64,000 bases of DNA from Chloropicon primus. Lineage: Eukaryota. The stretch lies in NCBI GenBank assembly GCA_023205875.1, contig CP060759.1:186001-250000 (forward strand), written 5' to 3'. Positions within the stretch are counted from its first letter, which is position 1. Each line of letters opens with the position of its first letter. Below the pieces are notes generated by a model. That model was not told the origin of the DNA and did not search any database. It saw only the letters and a list, made by a program, of their open reading frames with translations. Positions 21,764-32,916 of the stretch are shown here, one piece after another. The translations under genes and the position numbers were made by a program.

Positions 21764-24610
21764 ATGTACGAGCTTGGGCCTCTGATAGGCAAGGCGGAAC
21801 TCTCCTCGGGGGAGGCCCTCCCTCTGGAGGAGAATGAGGCGACCTTGGCCGAGTTTTACCTGGACGTGGACGAGTGCTCCAAGCACACCAGCAAGCTGAC
21901 GAGGAACCTCAAGGACTGGAAAGGCATCTTGGAGTCAGCAAAGGCCAAGGGCGGGGCGACGCCGTCGGTTCTCCAGGGTCTCAAGTCGAGCGCGGCCCAC
22001 CAGATAGAAAAGGAGGACGAGGAGGCCAAGCGATTGAACCGTATGAAGAAAAATGCTTTGCTTCTCGAGAAGCATCTTGTCAGGCTAAGCCGCCTGTGCA
22101 TGTCTCAGGAGGAGATTATCCACAACTTGAGGCAGTCCGAGAGGCAGAAGTACTTGCAAGGGGACAAGGGCGATGAGCACGGCCAGTATCTTCTGGAGGA
22201 CTCGAGTTACTTGCACAAAAGGCTTGAGGACCTTTCCGACGCCCTGGGGGAGAAGGCCAAGGAGTGTACCTCGATGAAGACAAAAGTTTCCAGGGAGCTC
22301 GAGGCGAGGTACTCCCTGGAGCAGAGGATCGAGAGGCTGGAGAAGAAGCTTTCAGCGAAATCCCAAAAGCTGGAACAGGCGGAGTCCCAACTCGCGGGAC
22401 TGGAAGCGACGTCGGAATCCAGGGCAAAGGAACTCGGCGAGGAGAACGCCCGCTTGAAGGAGGAGCTCGCAAGGCTCGAGTCCAAAGGTCTCGTGGCGCT
22501 GGAGCACAAGATGTCCGCGGCGGAGGAGGACCAGGACTTGACGAGAATCAGCTTGCAGGCGAGAATGAGGGACGCGTACTTGGACAAAGTGAGGCTGGAA
22601 CGAAGGCTGAGGCTCGAAGACGAGGAAGACGCCCGGCTAAGCTTGGAGGCAAGGATCGTGGAGATCGACTCGAACAGGTCCAGGCTGAGGGACAGGCTCA
22701 GCCAGCTCGAGGTGGAGAAGGAGGGAGAAGAGTGCCTCCTCATCCACAGGAAGAAGTTTATAAGGCAAGCCGGGTACATCGCAAAGCGCATCCAACGGAG
22801 AGCACTTCGGGAGTTTTTCGGGGAGTGGAAAGAATTGTGCCTGGCCTACAAGAGGAACGCCGACCCGAGCCTGGATTTGGAGACTTTGGCGAATCTGTCT
22901 TTGACCGATTACAGGTTCCTCACCATGAAAGCCTTCGCAAAGTGGGCCGCGAGGTGCCGGAACTCCAGAAGCAACCGTCACAAGATCAGAAAGGTGGAGA
23001 AGGTCATGATGCAGAACAACATGGCCTCGGTCTTCAGGGCCTGGTCGGTCCATTGCCAGACGTGGAGACACCGGCGCGCGCGGCTGGTCCAGATCAACTC
23101 GTACTTCAAGTCACGGACCGTGCGAATCTCGTTCCAGAAGTGGAAGGCCCTGACAAAGAAAGTCAAGCGATTGCTGTATCCAGACCTCGTCAAGCAGGAA
23201 GAAACGTCTGATAGACTTCGGAAGATTCAGCTGCTTCGGTCCAGCTTCAAGGCCTTCGTTGCTGGCGCGAGGATTTCGATGAGACAGGGCCAGATTTTCA
23301 GAAAGATTGCCACAACAAAAACCCGCTTGACGAAAGCGGGCGTGCTCAAGCACTGGCGAAGGCACGTCCACAAGCAGAGGAGATGGGACAAGATGAGGGC
23401 GGTTCGCTTCTTGAGGGCCTGGCGCTCTCTGACCGTGGCCAGGAGGCGGATGGACGTCCAAATCGGCAGATTCGAGGAAAGGATGAGGAAGAGGATAGAA
23501 CACGAGTACCTCGTCGAATGGAACCGTTACATGCGCCACAAGATGAACCATTACTGGATTTTGGAGCAGTGGGAGGCAAGGCAAAAGAAGCGGAGGCTCA
23601 GGGAAGGCCTCGACGCGTTCAAGCTCACTGTTGCCAGGAAGCTGCGAGGCTCGAAGTTTGCGGTAATGATGAAGCAGCTCCACATTCAGAATGTGAGGGC
23701 GAAAGCTTTTTACAAGTGGGTCGCGACGACTGCCGCGAACATTCTCACGTTCGCCATTCAGAAGGTTCACGACCACCTCAACACCGTGGACATCGGCCTG
23801 ATGAGTGTTGCCGTGCAGTACGACGAGAACGATCCCAAGATGCAGGACATCATGGTGATCGCGCAGAAAATTGACACGAACTTGGAGGGAGTCAAAGCGG
23901 CGCTGGCGGATGCTCACGCCGTCTTCAAGGAGGTGAGGAGAACCAGGAGCATCGTTGGGGAGTACAACCCCTCAATCAACGGCATGACGGAAAACGCGGC
24001 GCCGTCAGAGCATATGAACGCCCAAGAGCTCGGGCTGTCCCCCGGTGCCCAAGCCATTCTCCTGAAGAGGAAAGTGCTGAACGTCAAGGGCCAGCTCAAC
24101 GCCTACAAGCTCTCCAAGATGGTGAAGGCCCAGCAGTACTTGGGTTTGGACCAGAACCAGGTGAGGGGCAGGAGGGAGGCGGGGGACGACTACGCTGATG
24201 GCGAGCCGGGAACTCCGCCCAGCAGCTTGAGGGCTCACACGGACCTCTTGAAGAGGTCCCTCGACACTGCGGTCGCCAAGCTTCAGTCCAGGAGCACCGC
24301 GGCGACGACGAGGGAGAGGCCGCCGCGTAGGGCGCGGGACACGGATTTTGTCTCGGAGGTCAGCTCCATCTCGATGAGCGACGTCAAGGACATGTACGGA
24401 AAGGTCTCAAAAATCAGGCGCAACCTCGAATCGGAGCTCGAGAAGTCCACCAAGCTCACGACCTACTTCATGGAGAGGACTCCGACCAAACAGGCCTCGA
24501 GCAACCAGCATAGTCCTTACGGCACTCCCCCGGGGTCCTCAAGCAGCAAGAACCCGTGGAGGCCTCCTGGCGTCATCCCGTCCCCAGGCTGGAAGCACGA
24601 GCTCCAATAA
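21764..24610 (+). CDS. Large coiled-coil protein with Sfi1-like (centrin-binding) Trp repeats
   Basis: N-terminal coiled coil, then periodic basic repeats ending F/L-x-x-W (FFGEWK, AFAKWA, VFRAWS, SFQKWK, VLKHWR, FLRAWR, YLVEWN, AFYKWV). Confidence 0.65.
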   Translation: MYELGPLIGKAELSSGEALPLEENEATLAEFYLDVDECSKHTSKLTRNLKDWKGILESAKAKGGATPSVLQGLKSSAAHQIEKEDEEAKRLNRMKKNALLLEKHLVRLSRLCMSQEEIIHNLRQSERQKYLQGDKGDEHGQYLLEDSSYLHKRLEDLSDALGEKAKECTSMKTKVSRELEARYSLEQRIERLEKKLSAKSQKLEQAESQLAGLEATSESRAKELGEENARLKEELARLESKGLVALEHKMSAAEEDQDLTRISLQARMRDAYLDKVRLERRLRLEDEEDARLSLEARIVEIDSNRSRLRDRLSQLEVEKEGEECLLIHRKKFIRQAGYIAKRIQRRALREFFGEWKELCLAYKRNADPSLDLETLANLSLTDYRFLTMKAFAKWAARCRNSRSNRHKIRKVEKVMMQNNMASVFRAWSVHCQTWRHRRARLVQINSYFKSRTVRISFQKWKALTKKVKRLLYPDLVKQEETSDRLRKIQLLRSSFKAFVAGARISMRQGQIFRKIATTKTRLTKAGVLKHWRRHVHKQRRWDKMRAVRFLRAWRSLTVARRRMDVQIGRFEERMRKRIEHEYLVEWNRYMRHKMNHYWILEQWEARQKKRRLREGLDAFKLTVARKLRGSKFAVMMKQLHIQNVRAKAFYKWVATTAANILTFAIQKVHDHLNTVDIGLMSVAVQYDENDPKMQDIMVIAQKIDTNLEGVKAALADAHAVFKEVRRTRSIVGEYNPSINGMTENAAPSEHMNAQELGLSPGAQAILLKRKVLNVKGQLNAYKLSKMVKAQQYLGLDQNQVRGRREAGDDYADGEPGTPPSSLRAHTDLLKRSLDTAVAKLQSRSTAATTRERPPRRARDTDFVSEVSSISMSDVKDMYGKVSKIRRNLESELEKSTKLTTYFMERTPTKQASSNQHSPYGTPPGSSSSKNPWRPPGVIPSPGWKHELQ

Positions 24611-24786
24611 CATTGGTGTACGTAATAAAAGAGATTTTTTGTCCGTCCTTTCGTTCGTTTGTTGTTGTGAAGGAAGGACGAGAACCCTCCTATCCATCGC
24701 TTCCCTTGCTCCTCTCCCCTGGGGGCAGCACTTCAGCTACGCAACAATCCTTGCCATGAAAATGAGACTGGTTGCTTGCTCCTGTT

Positions 24787-25225
24787 CCTAGGGATCAGTC
24801 AGTTACATCTCGCTCGATTGGCCACCATCGATTGATTGACAGTGAAGGGTGGGGAGAGGAAGAACAACTGCTTCATTGGCGAGGGACTCGTTGCCGAGGA
24901 GGAGCACCCCCCTCGCCCCTCGCCCCTCGCCCCCTCGGGTCCAAATGAATGATTCTGCCTTGCCTTGCTTGTCCTAGGGATCAGTCAGTTACATCTCGCT
25001 CGATCGGCCACCATCGATTGATTGACAGTGAAGGGTGGGGAGAGGAAGAACAACTGCTTCATTGGCGAGGGACTCGTTGCCGAGGAGGAGCACCCCCCTC
25101 GCCCCTCGCCCCTCGCCCCCTCGGGTCCAAATGAATGATTCTGCCTTGCCTTGCTTGTCCTTGGGATCAGTTACATCTCGCTCGATTGGCCACTCGATGG
25201 GCCATGAAGGGTGGGGAGAGGAATT
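24787..25225. repeat. Tandem repeat, period 186 bp (2 full copies plus a diverged partial third)
   Basis: CC(T/TT)(A)GGGATCAG units start at 24787, 24973 and 25159; first two near identical. Confidence 0.95.
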
Positions 25226-25331
25226 GGTGCTCAGTGAGGAGGGCGCAGAAGAGGGGAAGGGTCGGCGGCCGAGAGAGGACGAGGTGGTAGGGGAAGAGGG
25301 GCGTGGCGCGACAAAGAGGCGAGGCGACGAG

Positions 25332-28140
25332 ATGGAGAGGAGCGTGATGAGGGAGCCCCTCCTTGACGGGCAGAGGGAGGAAGACGAGGAGAGGGAGACT
25401 TTGAACCCTCTGAGCTCGAGTGAAAGGTGGAACTCCAACTTCGAAGGGTTCCCGGCGAGCAGCAACATCATGCTGCCGGAGAAGATACACATCTTTCCGA
25501 CGTCGTACAACTCGTCCATCAAGACCAAGCAGATGCACGCGGGAGAGTCTCTTGACTTCGAGACGGTAAGTTGTGCACGCCATGCACTCACACTCTCCCC
25601 CAAATCACTCCTCTCTCTCTCTTTGGACGACAGAGGCTTTGCTGAGGTGGCTGACAGGACGTCGACTCGCGTCTTTCCTTTCCTTTCGCTCGCTCGTTCG
25701 CTCTCTCCAGATTCACAGCGAGGTGAGGCTCTTGAACTCGACGAGGAAGCTCGTGCACAAGAAGTTTTACGGTTACACTGGAACCACCTTGGTGAAGTAC
25801 TTGGTGACTATCGGGACGGGACTGTTCACGGGTGCCTGCGCGTATGCCATAGCCCAGTCCTCCTCCTGGCTCATCGACAAGAGGGTGGAGTTGGCGAGCA
25901 ACGCCCTGGAGAGGGATGATTTGTCGCACTTGGCGCGTCTCTTGTACGGTTACGGGATGCACGCGGCCTTCAGTATGTCCCTCGTGATCGTCCCTGGACT
26001 CCTGGTGCAGTTCTTCACGCCTCAGGCCGTTGGTGCCGGTGTCTCGCTCGTGATGGCTTACTTGAACGGCAACCACATTCCTTACCTGCTGCACTACCAC
26101 GTGATGGCGACCAAGATCCTCGGTACCATCTGTGCTTGCGCCTCTGGGCTTCCTTTGGGTCCTGAGGGTCCGATGGTGCAGATCGGCGCGTCCGTTGGGT
26201 CGACTCTCACGTATTGCGGGTGCGTGGAGTCCGCCTCGGGCTGCTGCCTGTGTGACAGGAGGAGGTCCAAGCGGTCCTTTCTCAAGTCGTCCAGATTTGA
26301 CTTGAAGAGCTCGAGGACGAAGCGTCGCGAAAACAAAGTAGAGACTTTCTGCGAGCAGATCAAGCTGCAGGACGATGCTGACCACAGGGAGATCATCTCC
26401 GCCGGAGCTGCAGCTGGCCTGGCAGCCGCTTTCGGCTCGCCCATAGGGGGAGTCATGTTCTCCTGGGAGGAGGCCTCCTCGTTCTGGTCGAGGAAGGTGA
26501 CCTGGAGGTGCTTCCTGTGCACGGCCATCGCCGTGCTCACTTTGGCCCTGCTGAGAGGCTCCGCAAGCATCGGACTCCTTTCCTTTCCGGACTTTTCGAG
26601 TTCTCACCACCCAGACATGCACATGGAGTTCGTGTGGAATTTCCCGTTCCTCACCCTGACAGCAATCGCCGCCGGCCTCATCGGGGCGTTCTTCAACCAC
26701 CTTCGTGGGGTGTTTGGCAAAATCAGACCAAGGGTGACCTCCCCCCTGTACAGAATGATCGAGTTGCTCCTGACGACGGCCTCGTGCATTGGAGTCATGT
26801 ACATGCTGTCTTGCTTGGCGGGGTCCTGGGGAGGTTGCATCGACAAGCCTAAGTCTTGGCCAGATGATTTTGGGATGAAGTTCTTGTGCAAGGAGGAGGG
26901 CCAGATCAACGACTTGTACACCCTGTTCTTCTCCAATCCCGACGAAGTGATCGACAGAATCTTTGGAGCTGGCAACGACGAGTGCTCGGACACCGTGACG
27001 AGGAGTCTGCAGTTCCGCTGCACTTTTACTTTGACGAGTCTTGCTCTGCATAGCTTGACCTACCTCCTCTTCATGTCGTATGCGGCAGGCCTGGCCATTC
27101 CAGGGGGTCTGTTCATGCCCTGCATCATGGTTGGCGCTTCTTTCGGCCTGCTGGTGGGAGCGATCTTGGAAAAGCTCTTGCCGACGTTCCACATCGTCCC
27201 GAGCATGTACGCCCTGGTGGGCGGCACGGCGGTACTCGGTGGAGTGTTCCGGGCGTCCATCTCGCTGGTCGTCATTGTGGTGGAAGGGACGAGGCAGATC
27301 AACTTCATCTTCCAAGTCATTCTAGCTGTGGTGATGTCCAACTGGGTGGCGCACAACATTCACAGCGAAGGTGTGTACGAGAGTGACCTGGAAAAGAACG
27401 GTACTGTTTCGTTCCTGCGGTCAGAGCCATCGAAGCAGCTGCACGTGATGAGCGCCGAGCAAATCATGTCCCAGACTGTGGCCACCGTCCACGAGGTCGA
27501 GAGCGTAGACCGATTGCTTCATTTGCTCAAGTACACGAGGCATAACGGCTTCCCGGTGATCAGCAAGGATACCGAGAGGTTGGAGGGCTTGATTCTGAGG
27601 AGTCAGATCATTGTGATGCTGCACAGAAGAGCGTTTTGCGGCAGAAACGGCAAGCTCCTGGAGGCGGAGGAAGAGACGGAAGAGCTTCAAAACGCTCTAG
27701 ATCACGAGATGCAGACATTCCACCAGAGGCAAGGCCTGTGGGAAAGGCACGCCTGGAGTGAAAAGGAGTCCCTCCAAAAGCTCGAGATCGAGGGGGAGAT
27801 CATGCACGGCATCAATGAATCGCTGAGGAGCTTGGCGCAGTATCCTGACGTGAATGGGCCAAACAGCGAGCCTCCTGGGGCGAGGCTCTTCTTGAACTTC
27901 AGGCCTTACATGAACATGGCTCCTCTTTCCGTCAGGAGGGAGTGCAGCGCTTCGAGAGCCCACTCTTTGTTCACAGCGATGGGGCTGAGACACTTGTGTG
28001 TGGTGAATGGGGAGAACAAAGTGGTTGGGGTAATCACGAGGAAGGACCTCGATCACGCCTCGGGTAGTGGCTGGTGGAGGCAAAACAGGCTGGGCAGCGT
28101 GAATGCTCTTCAGCCTGTCTCGGGATACCGAGAGCTGTAG
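25332..28140 (+). CDS. CLC anion channel/H+ antiporter with two CBS domains (exons 25332-25565, 25711-28140)
   Basis: ESLDFE, GAGVS..AYLNG, GPEGPMV, GAAAGLAAAFGSPIGGVMFSWEE, PGGLFMP, HNGFPV, GLRHLCVV. Confidence 0.93.
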
Positions 28141-28286
28141 AGAGCTCTTGCCCTTGCGCGGGCTGAGTAAACCAAGATGACATTTTTGTCTGCTTTTGAT
28201 TGTAATATTTGTTTTGTGCTCTTACTTCTTAAGTTAAGGTTTTCTTTTTTTTCCTGCGTCCGCTTCAGGTTCGTTCACGGCCGCTG

Positions 28287-29555
28287 CTACTGTAAGGCAC
28301 CGTGCACATTGCTCAACAATGGGTTGTCCTCAGTATTTTGGCAGTTTGTGCAGTTACACTTTGTTCCGCAGAACACCCCTGCCGCGTAACACTCGCAGTA
28401 CCTCTTCAGGCAGCTCGTCTTGGTGCATTTGCACCCTGTCTGGTGCTGCAGTGTCTGTCTAACTTGCGGTGCGTTTACACCACCCTCGCTGTGGGGCGCC
28501 TGATGCATTCTTTGGGCAGACACCCTGACTTTTGGCTCGAAAGCGTCCGGGTTCTTCTCCTTTATTTTCTCCCGCGCCTCCTTGACCAGCTTGTCGTATT
28601 GCTGGTCGTTGAAACAGTCGCGGCAATTGCACCTTGGCCCGCAGTACAAACCCTCCGCGAAGCACGGGCAGTACAACTTCAGGCATTTGGTCTTCTTGCA
28701 CTGGCACCTCTTCTGCTGCTTGGTGTTCTTCCCGCTCCCGCCCTTGGGCAGCGGATGAGAGTTGGGGGCCGATATCACGACGCTCGGAAGCGCGACGCTT
28801 TGCAGGTACTGCGCCGTCCCCTGCGCTCTCGAGACCATTGGCGTGGGCAAGGAGGAGGCGGCGGCCTCCCAGAGCCTTGCCCTGCTCTGCTCGCTCGCGA
28901 CGATCTCCCGCCTCACCATTGCCTCCAAGGTTGAATTGCTCGCCGCCCGATGCTGAAAGCTCGGGACTTTCTGCGCCACGCTCTTCAAAATACTCTGGGC
29001 TAGCTGTTGGTCACCAACCTCTTTGATCTGCTTCAGCGCAGGCAGCTGGGGAGCCTCCCTGTCCATCGTCCTCAAGCCGCCCACGGGATCGGGCAAGGGC
29101 TGCATCCTCTCCGGATGCCCCGTCCCCCCGTCCCTGTTGTCCCCTCCGGCCTTCTGCCTCTTTGGCAGGCTTCCGGGCCGCCAGACTTGGAAGGGGGAGT
29201 CCTTCCTGCGGTGCTTGAACGTGTTCCTCGGCTCCGCCACCGGGGTCTGCCCGTTTCCCCCGTCATCCTGGGTCTGCGAGCTGGAGTTCCCCGAGTCGCG
29301 CTGCAGTCTCGCGGAGCTCGCCGGCGCCGGCGTCGTCGTCTCCCGGGTCCCCAGATTCACGTGCGCCCCGGGCACGTTCGCTTTGATCCACGCCTGCATG
29401 TGCTCCGCGGGTTTCTCCGCGACCTTGCTCTTCTCGCCCGCCTCCTCCCCCCCCGCCGCGACGGTGGCTTCCGGGACATCCCCAAAGTTGTGCGTCTTCA
29501 TCATGCTCGACCACGGGGTCTCCTTCCTGAACAAGTGCGCGTCGTTCTCCGACAT
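28287..29555 (-). CDS. Tesmin/TSO1-like CXC (CRC domain, LIN54-like) protein; 5' end uncertain
   Basis: Two CXC domains (CQCKKTKCLKLYCPCFA...CNC..CFN; GCKCTKTSCLKRYCECYA...CNC..CQN) joined by a KNPDAFEPK hinge. Confidence 0.9.
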   Translation of the reverse strand: MSENDAHLFRKETPWSSMMKTHNFGDVPEATVAAGGEEAGEKSKVAEKPAEHMQAWIKANVPGAHVNLGTRETTTPAPASSARLQRDSGNSSSQTQDDGGNGQTPVAEPRNTFKHRRKDSPFQVWRPGSLPKRQKAGGDNRDGGTGHPERMQPLPDPVGGLRTMDREAPQLPALKQIKEVGDQQLAQSILKSVAQKVPSFQHRAASNSTLEAMVRREIVASEQSRARLWEAAASSLPTPMVSRAQGTAQYLQSVALPSVVISAPNSHPLPKGGSGKNTKQQKRCQCKKTKCLKLYCPCFAEGLYCGPRCNCRDCFNDQQYDKLVKEAREKIKEKNPDAFEPKVRVSAQRMHQAPHSEGGVNAPQVRQTLQHQTGCKCTKTSCLKRYCECYAAGVFCGTKCNCTNCQNTEDNPLLSNVHGALQ

Positions 29556-30059
29556 CTTTTCCAATCCAACAACCGCGCCTGCGGGCAGTCCGATCGATCC
29601 GCGACGCTTCTGCGACTTTGCAGGCGGCCCCACCCCCGCAAGCGCGCGCGCGCACCTCCTGCCTTCCCCTATGCAGCAAGCAAAAGAAGCACACGTTCAC
29701 CAGCACCTTTGCTTCCCTCTTCCCGCCCCGAACACAGCCCTCACCCCCGACGCGAGACCGGACGCGAGGTACCGCGGCCTGGCCCAGTCCGCCTCGACGT
29801 CCCCTCGCCTCCCACGCCCCTAGCGCCCCCCTTCGCCTCAGCCGTTACGGGTAACGTCTGCTCCCCACCGCTCAGCGGTTGACTCGGACTCGGGCTCGCT
29901 CCCGTCTCCGCGAATGGAATTGGAAATCGTGGATATTTGGGCTCCTCCTCTTACAAGACTTGTGTGAAACAGGGAGAGTCCATGGGGATGGGGGAGAGGG
30001 CTGCCCTGTTGCTGTTGTGGTCCCCACTGGGGCAATCACCTGTGCCTGAAGCCCTGCCT

Positions 30060-30101
<42 letters not shown>

Positions 30102-30364
30102 TCTGTGTGGCTGGCGCCCGGCAGCAATAACAAGAGGTGGTGGTGTTTGTTCTTCTTTTTTTTTTTTCAGGTTTTAAAACTACATTTCATTCAATAAGCG
30201 GATGGTGGAAAAGATATCCCGAGCAGAGCACAGGGCGGGCGACCGCGAGCCCCCGACCCCCTTGGCCCCCCTCGTTCCTTTTTAATTCTTTTTGGTGGCG
30301 TGTTGTTGTGTGTTCATAAAGTGTGTGCGTGTGTTTCTGTTCAACCCCTCCTCCCCCCCTCGAT

Positions 30365-30970
30365 TCACTCCCTCTCCTTGACGCACATCGTGATGTGGTT
30401 CCCCGGCTTCTTCCTGACGTCGGACCGGCCTCTGGCTCTGGCCACGGGCCTCTTGATGAGCTTGCCCTCGTCGCAAAAGCAACGCGAGATGTAGAGCTTG
30501 CTCTTGTTCATCCCGTAGTTGTGCTTGGCGTTCGCGGCCGCGGAGTACAGGACCTTGAGGATGTCATCGCAGGCCCTGTAGGGCATGAACTCGAGCGCCA
30601 TGAGCGCCTCCTCGTAGGACATCCCCCTTATCGCGTCCAGGACCCTTCTAACTTTGTTGGGCGAGCCGCGCAAGTTGCGCAAGTGGGCCACAGCCTCCCT
30701 GTCCGAGACCTCCGGCAGCGCCTCCACGACCTCGCTCGCAGCGGCCTCCAAGGCAACGCTGGGTCCCTGCCTCCTCGGCCTGTTCAGCACCGGCCCGGTA
30801 GGCGCAGCGCTCGTCGCCTGCCTCCTCCTCGCTTGCGCCGAGCTCGACCCTCCTTGCCTCGGCACCGCGCACGCCGCGGTCGCCTGCCTCCCCACCCTTC
30901 TCATCATCGTCACCTTCATCTGCTCTCTCGCCGACCTCCGCGAACCTCGCACGTCCCTGGCCGCCACCAT
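30365..30970 (-). CDS. rpl22: Nucleus-encoded plastid ribosomal protein uL22 with transit peptide
   Basis: RGSPNKVRRVLDAIRG, LEFMPYRAC, SAAANAKHN, RARGR...HIT; cyanobacterial-type L22. Confidence 0.92.
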   Translation of the reverse strand: MVAARDVRGSRRSAREQMKVTMMRRVGRQATAACAVPRQGGSSSAQARRRQATSAAPTGPVLNRPRRQGPSVALEAAASEVVEALPEVSDREAVAHLRNLRGSPNKVRRVLDAIRGMSYEEALMALEFMPYRACDDILKVLYSAAANAKHNYGMNKSKLYISRCFCDEGKLIKRPVARARGRSDVRKKPGNHITMCVKERE

Positions 30971-31831
30971 CACAAACCACCATCAAATCCAAATCAAAAA
31001 AAAACAACCCCACGAGTCAGCGAAACTTCCTCGGTCCTCCCCACCCCGCCAGACCGCCGTTTTGCCCCGCAGAGGGCTCTCCCGAAAGAGCGCGACGAGA
31101 CGCTCCCGATGGTCTGATCCCCACCCGTACTCTATCCCTGTACCGTCCTCCACCTCGCGATGAACTCACCTCTCTCCGCTCCCTCGTCCTTGCGGTCGCC
31201 TCGACTCCGTCGCTCGCGCTTCGGCGGCCCTCGCCCTCACCACGCGTTTTCTACACGAAAAATCGTCTCATCCCAAACCACGAAATCGTCTTATCCAAAA
31301 CGAGGCGCTTGACACTTTTTCAGCCACACATTGCACCGAGAATTGCGTTCGATCGTCTTGGGAAAAGTTCGGGCACAGAGAGAGAGACGAGAGACGAGAC
31401 CTCCTTGACGGGCGCACGGGTCGACTCTTCCTCTTCCTCTTCCTCTTCGCGGTTGCGGCTTTCGTTAGGTCCAAGTGTCGTGCGATTTGACGTCCTTTTT
31501 CCTGGTGAGCATTTTGCCTTTAGGTTTTTTCGGTTTTTGCTCCAGCAACAACTGATCTTCTTTTCGAGAGCAAGGGATCTGCTTTGCTGGGCCCAAGGTG
31601 GGTGAGGTCTTCTTGTCGGGGGAAGGGGGGTTGATTCGTTTCGTTCGTCTCCTCCTGATGCTGCCTCAAGGCCCCGTGTTGGTGAGGATGATTTGAAACT
31701 GAGCTCAGCTCCTCTCTGGTCACTATCAAATCAAATCAATCAATCAAATCAATACTCGTCGTCGTCGTCGTCGTCGTCGTCACCACCAAACACAGCTTCG
31801 TCGTCGTCGTTGTCGTGTGACTGGGGGGAGG

Positions 31832-32770
31832 ATGGCGCTGGGGCTTTGTTGTGCGAGGCCGGGGTCGCTGGCGGAGGTGGCGGGGAGGGCGAGCGGCGGA
31901 GCGTGCCGGGAGGGAGGGCGGGTTGGTGGTGTCGGGCGAAGGGGTGCGGGACCGAGGAGGGTTCTCGCTCAGAGGGGGGCGAGGGGAAGCCCGGTGGCCT
32001 CGGGGGTCCGAGGACTCGGGCGGGCGACCCTCCGAACGCGAGCCTTCGCCGCGGGGGTGGAGGGCACGACGCTCGTGAAAGTTTGCGGCGTGATGACCAA
32101 GGAGGACGCTGCCATGGTCGGCGAGAAGGGGGCGGACTTCATTGGGTTCATCGTGTCCGGTGGGTACAAGCGCTCGATCGGGTTGGAGGAGGCCAGGGAA
32201 ATCGTCTCGCGCGTCAAGGAGGGGGGCGCCGAGCCCGTGGGCATCTTCACCAGGGAGACAGCCGAGGAGATGGTTCGCGCCTGCGACGAGATCGGGCTGG
32301 AAACGGTGCAGCTCCACGGAGACACGCCGAGGGAGAGCCTCAAGGACCTCCCCGCGCGTCTCAGCGTGTTCTATGTCGTCCACTCCGAGGGCGGGAGGCT
32401 GATCACGCCCCTGCCGGCGGAGCTCGCTCAAATCGACTTAAGCGTGCCGGACCCCGCGTACTGGAAGAAGCCGATCGACTGGGTGTCCGCGGGGAGGAGG
32501 AGCGTGGACTACATTCTCGTGGACAAGAAGGAGGCGGGGGGCACAGGAAAACTGGACTGGGATTCTTTCGTGGTCCCCAAGGGGTGCAGCAGGAAGGGCT
32601 GGATCATGGCGGGGGGGCTGACGCCCGATAATGTCGAAGAGGCCGTCCAAAGGTTTCGCCCCAGCATCGTCGACGTGTCCGGGGGGGTGTGCGACTCCAG
32701 CGGCCTGAAGAAGGATCCCATCAAGGTGGAAGTCTTCGTGACGAAAGCAAAAGCTGCTGCTCTGAAATAA
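31832..32770 (+). CDS. trpF: Phosphoribosylanthranilate isomerase
   Basis: VKVCGV, GADFIG, VQLHG, GGTGK.DW, MAGGLTPDNV, VDVSGGV; transit peptide. Confidence 0.93.
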   Translation: MALGLCCARPGSLAEVAGRASGGACREGGRVGGVGRRGAGPRRVLAQRGARGSPVASGVRGLGRATLRTRAFAAGVEGTTLVKVCGVMTKEDAAMVGEKGADFIGFIVSGGYKRSIGLEEAREIVSRVKEGGAEPVGIFTRETAEEMVRACDEIGLETVQLHGDTPRESLKDLPARLSVFYVVHSEGGRLITPLPAELAQIDLSVPDPAYWKKPIDWVSAGRRSVDYILVDKKEAGGTGKLDWDSFVVPKGCSRKGWIMAGGLTPDNVEEAVQRFRPSIVDVSGGVCDSSGLKKDPIKVEVFVTKAKAAALK

Positions 32771-32916
32771 AGACTCGAGAGAGGCATTATATTAAGCGCG
32801 TGCGTCTCTTTCTTTTTACAATAATATTCTATCCGCTCACACCCACCCACACCCGCCACCACAGCAGCGGCAGCAGCAGCAGCTTCCTTTTCTTTTCACC
32901 CGTGTCTCAAGAAAAC

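Noticed and set aside
4081..25225. Repeats as a CRISPR array or transposon termini
   Set aside because: Head-to-tail duplications without unique spacers, TIRs or TSDs; no cas genes; eukaryotic context.
30365..30970. rpl22 as a plastid DNA insertion
   Set aside because: Has a transit peptide and nuclear codon usage; an ordinary endosymbiotic transfer.
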